A stretch of DNA of 64,000 nt from Veleropilina oligotropha (Eukaryota). A program made the translations under genes and the position numbers. Below, one piece after another: positions 12,707 through 25,020 of the stretch; within the stretch, counting starts at the first letter, position 1; the number at the start of each line of letters is the position of its first letter. The notes beneath the pieces are model-generated. The model saw only the letters and a program-made list of their open reading frames with translations. It made no database searches and was not told the origin of the DNA. The stretch spans positions 496,001 to 560,000 of the forward strand of contig JBEUKZ010000100.1 of the NCBI GenBank assembly GCA_048128005.1, written 5' to 3'.

Positions 12707-12947
12707 AATACTCGGTAGCCAGGGATACTACGCCGTAATACTCGGTAGCCAGGGATACTACGCCGTAATACTCGGTAGCCAGGGATACTACGCCGTAATA
12801 CTCGGTAGCCAGGGATACTACGCCGTAATACTCGGTAGCCAGGGATACTACGCCGTAATACTCGGTAGCCAGGGATACTACGCCGTAATACTCGGTAGCC
12901 AGGGATACTACGCCGTAATACTCGGTAGCCAGGGATACTGCGCCGTA
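12707..12947. repeat. Minisatellite, 30-bp unit aatactcggtagccagggatactacgccgt, ~8 copies
   Basis: Direct exact repeats. Confidence 0.97.
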
Positions 12948-13111
12948 TCGGATCAGTTATGAACTACTGTGACTAGTACGTGAATACAGAATATCCATTA
13001 CCCCAATATCCATTACCCCAATCGAGGTTCGAACGCACTCTTGTTAGATAAAGCAGTCAGGCGAGTGAATTCAGAGGCCACACTCTTATCCGCTCGGCTA
13101 CCGGAGCGGCC
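12948..13111 (-). mobile_element. tRNA-derived SINE head
   Basis: Minus strand ggccgctccggTAGCCGAGCGG (A box) ... GTTCGAACC (B box); similar to the V/Meta-like SINE heads in the window. Confidence 0.7.
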
Positions 13112-13208
13112 GTGCATAAGGAAATGGTATCAATCAGGAAAAACCTCGACACAGCGGGGAATCTATCTCTGGACAACTGGCAATATTAAATTTTATAGAG
13201 TCGCTTAC

Positions 13209-13253
13209 ATGGTGAGAATCTAATCTTGTTGTTCGACCACTCTTTACATCCTT
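13209..13253 (-). CDS. Candidate 45-nt exon (phase 1-1): EGCKEWSNNKIRFSP
   Basis: tttag| acceptor with weak pyrimidine tract, |GTAAGC donor; phase-compatible with the signal-peptide exon. Confidence 0.3.
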
Positions 13254-14363
13254 CTAAACTACGATTATTCTAATTAATTATACGTGCCTGTCAATGACTC
13301 ATGTGGTATAGTTTGTCATATAGCTGAAGAAGATAAGACTTTACAAGAATAATTTTTGCAAGTTGGTTGTTTCCCAAATACCAGTAATTCTTGATTACAA
13401 AACGAAACGTGATAATATGCAATCATCGTGATAATATGCAATCATCATCAAAGATTTATAACGTGAATGAATTCTTTTAGAGCAAAACAAGAAACATATT
13501 CAAATGTTCTATGTTTTAACATTGCGCTAGCATATGTCGTCATTATGTAGCTTGGTCGGCATTTGTTCGACATATGTTGTACGCCTATGTCATTTCGCGT
13601 TGCATGTGGTTTTCGAGATTACCTATAACCGAGTGTGGTGCATTAAACATCATTGAAGAATACTCAGCCATTAAATGGTAATGGTTTGTAATTGCACAAC
13701 AATAATACGAACTTTACAGCGCGAGTTAGAGAACATAATGCATTTTACGACTTCGATCATAAACGGGTCCCTATAAACGTATGCCCATTATTGGTGATTG
13801 ATGGGCCAACCATTTACTGCACTGTGAAGAAGAAAGATCGCATAAATATATCTGAATAAATATTAAGCGTATATCACTGCCACCATGCAATAGTTGCAAA
13901 TTTATTTGTGTATTATCTTATTTTCATACTTTATAACCTTGTTCTTTTATGATGCCAATTAAATTACAATGAAGAAAGAAACAAAACCCGATGGTGCAAC
14001 GGAAACCACTGGAATGGAATGCACTTTTGTGCAGAAGCAATCCGTTCGTTTAACAACTGTTTCCGCGGTGATCAGCCGCGATTGAGACAAGTGTTTGCAA
14101 TGCCTTGTTGACTCTGGACGCGATATATTTATCCGAATAGTTCTACAAGTCCAGTTAAATGCACGACAAATTGCCAATAATAAATGTTGCGTTGCTGTGC
14201 GGAATATTGTTCTACGTAAGACATCGCCAAAACGCTCGTACTTTTAAAAGCCGGTAACAGTCAATTGTTGTATTGTTGATGTTTAGATATATATTTTTAT
14301 ATATTCGTTTAGTCGATTTAGAGTATGTGACCCTACCAGTGCCTCAAATATAGACTGTCTTAC

Positions 14364-14427
14364 CTTGTAAATTAGCAATTCCAGCACATAAAATCAGCAC
14401 AGCTAGGATGCGCAAGAGGGTCCCCAT
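14364..14427 (-). CDS. Candidate first coding exon encoding a signal peptide MGTLLRILAVLILCAGIANLQ
   Basis: ATG plus 20 codons with a basic residue and a hydrophobic core, ending at a strong phase-1 donor caag|GTAAGA; typical architecture for secreted metazoan proteins. Confidence 0.65.
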
Positions 14428-15030
14428 TGGGGAGTTCTTCTGTTAGTTGTCACGACAATGGTCTTTTTGATACTTTAAGGAATATTCTAATAAACTCCGA
14501 ACCAAGAGAATCCGCTGATCAACGCGACAGCCGGCAAATGTTTTCGCCGAACATTTCAATTTGAAGTTTATTATCACCTATTGAAACTGTCTAGGGACAA
14601 TCTCAGCATGAGGGTAAGTCAAACCGGTATTGTATCGGCGTCATAGCCGATCGCCCCACCCCGTGTAAAGGGAACAATACAGCGCTACGGCATTGTGAGC
14701 TTCATGGCGAACAAACAAATATAAAGCCACTACTAATTCTCTGCTAGTACGAATCCGGGAGTGCATTATAATAAAGTTTGAACCACCCATTGACGTCTGT
14801 CGCTATTGAGAGGCTATCGTTTGCATTACGAGTTCATTTCAAATAAACATTTTTATGATATATAAATATTTAATAGGAAATCAGTAAACAGGCGTCGCCA
14901 GTTTAAAACTACACCCACACAAAAATTGGCATTTCATTAAAAACATGCCCGTTTGAATTAAAGTTTAAATATCTAGACTAGAGAATGGAGATAATGATCA
15001 TACTACAAACAAATAGTCATTTTACTTTAG

Positions 15031-15785
15031 CAATACCCTTGGTATACGCAATATACCCTTGGTATACGCAATATACCCTTGGTATACGCAATATACCCTT
15101 GGTATACGCAATATACCCTTGCCATACGCAATATACTCTTGGCATACGCAATATACCCTTGGTATACGCAATATACCTTGGTACACGCAATATACCCTTG
15201 GCATACGCAATATACCCTTGGCATACGCAATATACCCTTGGTATACGCAATACACCCTTGGTATACGCAATATACCCTTGGCATACGCAATATACCCTTG
15301 GCATACGCAATATACCCTTGGTATACGCAATATATCCTTGGTATAATCAATATACCCTTGGTATATGCAATATACCCTTGGTATACGCAATATATCCTTG
15401 GTATAATCAATATACCCTTGGTATACGCAATATACCCTTGGTATACGTAATATTCCCTTGGTATACGCAATATACCCTTGGTATACGCAATATATCCATG
15501 GTATACGCAATATATCCTTGGTATACGCAATATACCCTTGGTATACGCAATATACCCTAGGTATACGCAATATTCCCTTGTAATATGCAGTATGCCATTG
15601 GCATACGCAATATATCCTTGGAATACACAATATACCCTTGATATGCGCAATAAATCATTGGTATATGCACCATACCTTTGCTATACGCAACATATCCATG
15701 GTATACGCAATTTATCCTTTTTATATGCAATATACCCTTGATATATGCAATATACCCTTGGCCTACGCAATATACCCTTGGTATA
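15031..15785. repeat. Minisatellite, 20-bp unit atatacccttggtatacgca, ~37 copies, degenerating 3'
   Basis: Direct repeats; source of spurious ORFs. Confidence 0.97.
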
Positions 15786-16254
15786 CTACACATTATTACC
15801 CCTTTGCTATATTTCTAGCGTTTTCATTGGTCAACAGACATTCCGATAACTCTCCATATTTTCCCGCAAAGTACATCTGCTGCCAAATAAGGGGTGATCA
15901 CGTGATGTTGCGGGTAATACGGGGCCATCACGTGATGTTGCGAGGTAATACGGGATGTTCGATAGTGGTGTTCAGGCTATTTGAACTAGGTTAATTATTT
16001 CGTAACAAAAGTGCAATAATTAACAACATCAGCCGGTAGATTTGCGAATATATGCAAAACAAAATACTGTATAGAATATTTAATTAAAATATTATTTACA
16101 GTATTTTGTTGTGTATATATATAAATACACCTACCCAGTTGACGTTGTTATAGTACTTTCGTTATAGAACAATTATAATAATATAACCTGAACACCACTC
16201 TCGGTTTTAAAGATTTTACAAAGATAAATAAATAGGCAAATGGGGTATAATTCG

Positions 16255-16390
16255 TTATACTGGCTTTTGACGAGGTGTACGGGATTTTAACACCCTCCAA
16301 AATTCCGTATTTCCCGTCGGCTGCGCCTCGGGTAAATACGAAATTTTGGAGGGTGGTAAAATCCCATACAACCTGTCGGCTGCCAGTACA
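16255..16390. mobile_element. Palindromic (Crypton-like) hairpin element
   Basis: gggattttaacaccctccaaaattccgtatttcccg - tcggctgcgcct - cgggtaaatacgaaattttggagggtggtaaaatccc; followed by ~4 copies of a 21-24-bp repeat to ~16470. Confidence 0.6.
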
Positions 16391-17187
16391 TGTATAACTA
16401 AGCCAGTACATGTATAACTAATAAAGCCAGTACATGTATAACTAATAAAGCCAGTACATGTATAACTAATACGATTTACACGATGGCGATTACATTGCAA
16501 TGAATAAACTTATCAAGCATGTGGCTTCGCGTGATGTCACTAGTTGACGTCGTATAATAACTGCAGACTTTTCATGATGTTTCCAGAACTAGTTAGCAAT
16601 TGTGTATGTCTTCCTGAGGCGGAATATAACAACAGGTCGTCATATTATCATAATATATAAGGGCTTTCCCAGATTGGCAGTTCTCAGCATCAACTGAAAC
16701 TGCCGCCACGAATTAAAAAGCTATTCGAAAAAGGACATTAGTATCAGATGATGTGCGGAAATCTGACGAAAGTTTAAATAGCTATTTTTATTTGCACCGA
16801 TTTGCACAGCATGGTAAAATTTACTGAAAGAGATAACATTTGTGAAAATTTTGAAATGAAAGCTGCATTAGAAACAAACAAAATAAATATTTTGAAAGTT
16901 TGTAAACCTCTAGATCCAGACATTATATGAAATACTAAAACCAAGTGCCATGAATTAGGAAAACTTTAACCACCATAATCAATAGTGCTAGATTAATGGA
17001 AAACTAGTAATCTATCTTAAATTAAAATTGGCAAGTTGGCATTATATATCTTGATTTTACAGGAAATTTGGCAAAGTCCCACATCAATGCTTAATCTACA
17101 TAAATATTCGCGTTCTTGGAAGCATTGATTTGTATGCGCTTCCGTATCCGCATATAAACAAATTGAAATCCACGTTTAAGCTACTAT

Positions 17188-17612
17188 GTACCACATGCGA
17201 ACCATACGACATGCGCACCATACGACATGCGCACCATACGACATGCGCACCATACGACATGTGCGCCACATATCACATGCGCACCATACGACATGCGCAC
17301 CATACGACATGCGCACCATACCACATGCGCACCATACAACATGCGCACCATACGACATGCGCACCATACGACATGCGCACCATACGACATATGCGCCACA
17401 TATCACATGCGCACCATACGACATGCGCACCATACGACATGCGCACCATACCACATGCGCACCATACGACATGCGCACCATACGACATGCGCACCATACG
17501 ACATGCGCACCATACGACATGCTCACCATACGACATGCGCACCATACCACATGCGCACCATACCACATGCGCACCATACAACATGCGCACCATACCACAT
17601 GCGCACCATACG
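17188..17612. repeat. Minisatellite, 16-bp unit accatacgacatgcgc, ~26 copies
   Basis: Direct repeats. Confidence 0.97.
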
Positions 17613-18058
17613 ATTTGATTTGAACATATTTATTCCCTCAAGGATAGGATCGGGTAAAAAGTTAAATTAACTTATCAAAGTACCCTCTCCTTACAAAAGA
17701 TATAATAAATAAAATACAAACAAGATGTGCAGGAAGGTGCAGTGCTATGTGCATACATGCAATACTTAATATCATGGTTATATATTGATGAAAACATATA
17801 AATGTATGTACTACGATAATAATTGTATAAATTAATACTATGAATAGCTTCGTTATTTATGAGTGAGACAAGTCATTATCAAGGAATCGATTGCTGAATT
17901 GTATGTAACATTGAACAGCTTTAAATATTTGTTTATTTTGTGATTCGCTGACCGAAACATCGCCATACAAAAATTTTTCAAGTGTGATATCGGTCATGAA
18001 ATGCAACTTGTCAAACATTGTTCGTCTTTGAATATCATAATTGTGGCATATAAAAAAG
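17613..18058 (-). mobile_element. CR1-group LINE 3' end (minus strand)
   Basis: FFICHNYDIQR...FLYGDVSVSESQNKQIFKAVQCYIQFSNRF C-terminus; 3' UTR with aataaatatgttcaaatcaaatc tail. Confidence 0.8.
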
Positions 18059-18084
18059 ATCGGGATGAGAGGCGGTGCAACCTC

Positions 18085-19229
18085 AAACCACGTCGATAAT
18101 ATAATACAATCGTCGGCCAAAAAAGTTTCTGCTATGCGGAAACTAAAATATATCTTAAATAAAGAAAAACTACTCCTAATTTATAAAACTTATATACGTC
18201 CCTTGTTCGAATATGCTGTTGAGGTATGGAGTAATATACCAGAAAGAGATAGTAACAAACTTGATCTCATTCAAAATGAAGCAATGCGAACAATCACTGG
18301 TTTACCAAGATATGCAAGTATTGCATCATTGTATAGAGAAACAGGCCTGGAGGATCTTGGATTCCGACGCAATAACGTCAAACTTAACACCCTATATAAA
18401 ATCATTAATGGTAACGCACCAGACTATCTGGTACATTTATTACCAGCACGTGTTTCCAATATTTCAAACTACCCACTTAGAAATAGTCAAGATTTCACAA
18501 TGATACCATGTCGACTGGAGCTGAATCGAAAATCATTTTTCCCTTCAACTGTTACCTTGTGGAACAATCTTGATCAGAAGACAAAAAGCATGTCTTCATT
18601 AGAATCGTTCAAAAATGCGAACAAATTAATATCGATACCTTGTGATTGGTACAAGTGTTCGCCCTTGTCTCGAAAATTAGAAATCATTCATACCCAAATA
18701 AGAAATTATAATAGTTCTCTTCATGCTGATCTTTTCAATAGCCATATTATCGCACATCCTAACTGTTCTTGCGGCTATCGATATGAAGACGCTCATCATT
18801 TCTTCAAGAATTGTGAGAAATATTTAATGGAAAGAAGCGAACTTGAATCAAATTTAACCACGATCGGTATTCCCATGCCAATTCCAACTCGTATACTCCT
18901 ATCTGGCAAAGCATCCTTAACTCATTCTACTAATCAGTTATTATATCGACATATCCACAAATATATTAGAGCAACAGGACGATTCATAATAGAACCTGAA
19001 TTGTAATCACCACTGTTTTTATGAAATTGTGAACAGCACTCTGACCCGAAACCCATCATGCTCATATGTATATACTCATCTTACTTCCAGCGTTCCTTCG
19101 GAATAGAAATTTATATACACGTATTATAATATTGTTGTAGGGAAAGGGCCCATGATAATGTTGTACAACTTTTTAGCCCGATCCCATTGCTATATTTCAC
19201 GAGCAATAAATATGTTTTGAAAAAAAAAA
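18085..19229 (+). mobile_element. CR1-group LINE 3' fragment, ORF2 C-terminal part open to 19006
   Basis: IYKTYIRPLFEYAVEVW, SFFPSTVTLWNNL and CSCGYRYEDAHHFFKNC motifs; aataaa plus poly(A) at ~19205-19229. Confidence 0.9.
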
Positions 19230-19974
19230 CATGGTACGGATAATGCGCATTTATAATCTCAAAATTTTATTTTTAATTTGTGAATTGTAACGGAAATTGA
19301 ATTGGACAACCAACAACGCATATAAAAAGCCTCCTTGTATTTTGTATGATCATAATGAAAATGCACGTTGCGTCAAATCTCACCAAAATCGATGGATGTA
19401 CAATAGACATAATCTAAAAATCTCACCCACAAGATGTAATAATATTTCGGGATAACAACATGCCCTAACCTATTTCGTTGATCAAATTGTTGGGTAATTA
19501 TACTATAAACCACAACTATATACAGTAGCTATAATGCTCATTCTTGGCAATCATAGCGTGATGATTAAAGGCTTTCAACTTCGACAATGAAACGGATCGA
19601 GCGTCAACTCGTAATTTGGTGGCCAAGCTCAATGATACCAATAATTGATATTTAATGACACAACAGTCATGGTTTCTAGATCATAGATTGTCTTGATTTT
19701 GTAAATGTTCGATGGCGCAAAACCGTCGATTATTCGCTAAATCATTGAATGAAACAACAGTCCTTTATGTTATTGGACATGAACCAGAACTGCTGTTGTT
19801 AACACTTTCTTTACTTTAATCTTCAAACTGTCGAGATGATGCAACAGACGGTGCCACCCGACTAAACCACAAGTCGTCGAAAGCACGAATAATACCATCG
19901 ATGGTTTTATAGAAGTCCCTAATCGTTGTCGTTGTCGAAAAAAATCACGATTCTCAAAATGGATAATGTGCAAC

Positions 19975-20652
19975 TGATTGATTGATTGATTTTTATTTGG
20001 CAATATAAATATATATACATCTTGATATATAAAAATAAATTAAAAATAAATACATATTAAAAATATTGCCGAGGATAACATAAGAAAGAGCCCTAGTCGG
20101 GCACTTATTTCCATTATGGTCCTCATACAGAGACAAGAGACAATAAGTTAGACAATTAGCATGATTAATAAAATACAAAAGGGTTTTGACTGCTGGCTAA
20201 GATTTGTGCCCTTAGGTGTTGTTTTACCGACTTTTTAAACTCATATTTCGAATTCAGTTGTTTGATGATTACAGGCAGACTATTCCACAATTTCACACCA
20301 GTATAATTAAAAGATGAAATTCCAAAGGTATTTACACCCGGTATAACAAATGAAGATACATTGTTTCTGGTAACACGAGCAGTAGATAGTTCAAATTGAC
20401 CTTTCAGATACTCGGGCGCGGACCCGTTCTTAATTTGAAACGTGATTTAACTTAAGCTGTTGAACACGAGTATCAACTGGTAACAGGCCTACATTTATGC
20501 ACTGTACAGGTCCTACATGCGTCCTAGGTTCAGTGTTTGCTAGGAACCTGACCACCTTGTTTTGAGCAACTTGCAAGCGAGACTTAGATTTTTTGGTCAG
20601 GCCACTATACCATGAGGAGCAAGCGTAATCGTAATGACATTGAATCAACTGG
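19975..20652 (-). mobile_element. L2-group LINE 3' fragment
   Basis: IQCHYDYACSSWYSGL...RLQVAQNKVVRF motif; aataaa plus (aatc)n tail at 19975-20000. Confidence 0.85.
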
Positions 20653-22557
20653 ATGGAACGTAGGCTAACCACGAAATTGTGAGGATAGTTTTGTTTCCAA
20701 TCGTCACTAAGCACATGCCCACATGACCTCACATTTTACTTCCCTGGTTATGAGCATGAACTCCATGCTATCACTGCCATAATGATAATGTCGGTCGTTG
20801 CCAACCAGGCACTCATTCAAATAGGATGGATAATATTAATATATATAGATAGGGTATTTAATGGTACGCTAGAAATATGAAATATATTTTGAGGAGTGAA
20901 ATATATCCTAGCGAATTCACGAAAGGCCTTGTAGGTTAATTAGGCCTATAGTTTACGAGACAAAATATATTTAATATTTCTGACATGACATTGGATACTT
21001 TATTTATTACATAAATGGGTTGTCAATAAAACACTAATAACAAGACAATCTCAAGATTGCAAACCCTCGCCACCCTCTCCGACCAGTTACGTACAACTGC
21101 GATTGGTAACTGTGACTTTAGAGTCGCCACTCGAGACCAGACGGTCACCCGAGCGACTCTCTTTAAATGGCAGAAGGAGGGGTATAATATTATGCTATGT
21201 ATTACTACAAATAACAGAAGAACTAAATTCTGATTCTCATGACAATTTTAAAAAAGTCTAGAGGCGACGAAAATGACAAAAAAGAGCTAAAAGTTATCGC
21301 TAAAAGTGTGATGAATAAACTATAGGGGAATTAGATACACATGCATAGATGTACTACATCCGATATGCGAAAGCATCACTTTCATGATAAACCAGTTGTG
21401 TCAACAGCGTCTGTCATCTCCCGAACTAACCGCTCTGCCTCAACACATGAATAGTTTGCAACTGATATCATATGAGTGATAATGTTACACGATACTTCAC
21501 ACAATCAATGCATGAGACTTAAAATTGCAAATGAGAAAACTGAAATATTTAACTCGCAATAACTCCATAGTTACTAAAGCGATATACCTGAAATTTTCAG
21601 TGAAGGTAGATTATGGCAACCTTGCTAAATGGTGTAAATTAAATCACGGCGTTAGCAGCATTTAAAGAGGTATAACAAATATCGCAACGTCTCGTTGATT
21701 TTATCTTCAGAACAATAATTATTGCTACAAATTCACTCTAACACACAAAGTATATCGACAAGAGTTGTAGATAATGTCCCACTCTGTCACTTGTTGAAAT
21801 TTGAGGTGTCTGGTGTCAGTGGTAACCAATGTACGGCCCTTAGATGCATTTTGCTTTGGTTGATTTATAAAATGATTATAAAGTTCACATTTCACATTAT
21901 TTTCGAAATATTTTTGCTGATATCAATATAATTCCATCAGGACTAAGATATGCATAACGAATTTACACAATTTAATAAGATTTGGCGAAATTAGAAATTG
22001 ACCCCATATTTTTTATTTTAAATTCACATGGCGGCCATCTTGTGAGATGTAGATTCTATATATTTCAAATTGCCATTGACCCCTGATCTAAAGAACATTT
22101 TATGACAAGATTTTTAAAACTCAATTGACAGCCAAGGTGTATTGATTGGATCACTTGGCGATTCGGACATACATTCTAAACATTGCGAACTCGATTTCAT
22201 ACCGATGCACATATATAACCTAGTTTAGAATGAATATAGGCCTACTAGACCTGCACAATGTAGCAATATATCATAAGCATACACTGTTGACTATTCACAG
22301 CTTGTATGGGGATAGGGTTACTAATTCCCGACATAAGGTCGGCTATTAAAAGGATTCACTATGATAATTTTTACTATGTGACTGACAAATAAATACTTAG
22401 GAAGCTTCATTAAATGATATATGTTTGAATACGAACAATCCGGCAATATGTCAAACATGATATGCTGCTGTTTTATATTCTAATCCATTTATGATCATAG
22501 AGAGGTCGACATTATCTGCTCTTTTGTCAAGTCGGCGCATCATCTTATATAGCGTAA

Positions 22558-24688
22558 AGCCTCGGTCACACATTCAGGATTTTTACTGCCGTCCTTGATA
22601 GGACCATTCCCGATTAAAATTTGTCAAAAGTCTGATCAAGATCCTGTGATTCATGGCGACTTTATAAAAATTTGTAAAAACATTTATTTAATCACGACAA
22701 CAATCAGATATTGACCAGAAAGCGTCCAGATTCAGCCGTTTCCAGCCGAATTCGTCCCGATTCTCCAGTTCTCAATCCGATTATGACCCGATTTGTATCT
22801 TTCGCATGGTAAAAAAACGACCGAATCTGTCCCGACAGCGTCCAGATTATCCCGAATGCGATCAGACAGTGAACCGACGCTGACGGAAGACAACCTATAT
22901 TCACGTGATAGTCCCGTCTATAAAAGAATCGTGCGAAACGGCGATTCTCACTCCAGTCTCAGCAGTTCTACAAGGAGCATCGCCGTCAGTTATTGGCAGA
23001 TTGTCTCCATTTAAATTATATAATTTCATCTTTATAAGGATTAAGTTACTTCACTATGCCTGCTAAGAATAAGCTTGTGCCTGCCAAGAAGAAAGATGCA
23101 AGACAACCAAGGAAAAGGAAGCCTATTTCTATTTCTGAAAAGGCTTCATCATGTCAGTTCTCAGTTGAAAGGCATATGTCAGCAACAAAGAAGTATGGCA
23201 TATTCTGTTATCTCCAGGAAGTGGCCCAGGATCAGGAAAGTCAATGGTCTTGTTCTGCAGGACTTCTTTCAGCTCACACTCGTTGTATATTTGTGCGTCT
23301 GAAGCTGCTCCATCTGGCCCAACATCAAGCCAGATAAATTCGCATCTACGAGGGCCATCAGGACTATGGAGAAGAAGCCCTCGTAGTTATGTTAGGTAGA
23401 TCCGGTATTTGGTGGGCACTTGCACGCAACGTGCTTTCCGTCCAATGCACCGCACGCATGTGGGAAGTTCCATCCGCGGATATATTCATTTGCGATTTCC
23501 TTCCACTCCGTTGGGGTAGTGGGGCAAGCGATTACCTCTGCAGCGTACTCATCAATGATGGCTATAGGCAGACTTCAGGGACAAACATTGACATGATGTT
23601 ACTGGGAACCCTGAAGTCCCACTTTATGTTGCTGTAACTGTCGCCAGATGTCAGATGCCTCATGGTACAGGCAAACTTCAGTCCTGTATCAAGGGCTTGC
23701 CTCCACCAGTAGCTTGTTTGGTGATGCGGGGTATGATCCGAGCCAGGACTTCATCGTACAGTTTCATGGGCAGCCTCATGAAGTTGATGAAATATTCTGG
23801 ATCTTCTTCTCTCAGTTTCCTCATCAATGTCATACTGGCCGAGCTGCTCCCTTCTGGATATCCAGGGCTTGATCCAGTATCTTCTATTTCTACCGGGTCG
23901 CAGTGCCCTTCTGTTCAAATAATAATTGGCAAACATAAGGTCTTCTTCTTCCATTTCCATGAGAGTAACCTGATTCAGAAGTCTCAGCCTACGAGCAGCA
24001 TTCATGGTGGACCGGTCAAAGTACTGTCACTGAACGACACACAGCTCAGCCGAATCTGGAAATCGACGCATCTGGAATCCTACAACTGTCGCCATATTGG
24101 GGATGATCGGGACACTGTCGGAGCGCAATCCTATTATAGTCTGCTGTACCGCATTGCAAACGGCTTTGTCTGGACTCAGTCGTATCGTGTTCTGTAATTG
24201 TCGGGACTCTGACGTGGGTATTATTGCCGAATTTCGTATTAATTACGGGACTGTTCAGGAACGTATTCGGCAATATCTGGACGCAATCGGCAAGAGACGG
24301 CAATGAAAAATTTATCCAGATCATGCCCGTTCATCACGACAGCGTCCCGATCCACAGGACACCGTCCAGACAACACAGAACATTGTTACGATTTTGATCC
24401 GATACATCAGAATCTGTCACGACATAGTCACGATTGTAATCCGACTATACAAAATCGGCTGAGTTTCCCGAATGTTACGGGACGCACCTAACTGTCGGGC
24501 GTGCTTGATCGACCTCTCCGGACCGTTCCCGATCCGTAAGACTCTGTTACGAACGTATACGACTGCGTTCAGACAGTGATAGGACATTCCAGATCATTGA
24601 GGATAGTAATCCGACTTTTTCACTTTTCGTGTCGTAACTCTGTCTGATCTCAAACGGGAGCCATAATCGGCACTGTGTGAACGCCGCA
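22558..24688 (-). mobile_element. PIF/Harbinger internal-deletion derivative
   Basis: Imperfect TIR (agcctcggtcacaca / tgtgtgaacgccgca) with TAA/TTA flanks; extensive CG-rich subterminal repeats; transposase relic inside. Confidence 0.85.
23340..24005 (-). pseudogene. Harbinger (HARBI1-like DDE) transposase, N-terminal half, frameshifted and truncated
   Basis: RRYWIKPWISRREQLGQY, FINFMRL, WNFPHACGALDGKHV and NYEGFFSIVLMALVDA across frames. Confidence 0.9.
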
Positions 24689-25020
24689 TTACAGGATAAC
24701 ACAGACAATATGACGTATCGGGTGTCTGTTGGCGGCGGCAACAGGGCGAGGCGTTGGCTCTCCGTAAAAAGGGGTAAAACTTTAATGTCATTTTGAATAA
24801 TATAAATGCGATGACTCCCTAAAGGTGTGCGCAGGCGTCTGAAATAACACACTACATTTCTTGCTATTGTCACGCTGTTATAACATGTACAAAAGATACG
24901 GCAGACCTCGCCCAATTCCAGATCATCCGATCTGAAAGCATCATTGTCGATATAGACAGAGATAAATAGATATTACTTTTAAAATTTACAGTATAGACTT
25001 TTACAAAATAATAACAGATT

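Noticed and set aside
12948..13111. tRNA gene (also at 50180, 36421, 60152)
   Set aside because: Only A/B boxes are retained, no full cloverleaf is evident, and the sequence continues into SINE cores
13959..14240. Second exon of the candidate secreted-protein gene
   Set aside because: Coding-like composition, but the long open frame needs a phase-0 or phase-2 acceptor and the phase-1 frame (EQYSAQQRNIYYWQFVVHL...) hits a stop; unresolved, possibly a frameshifted exon
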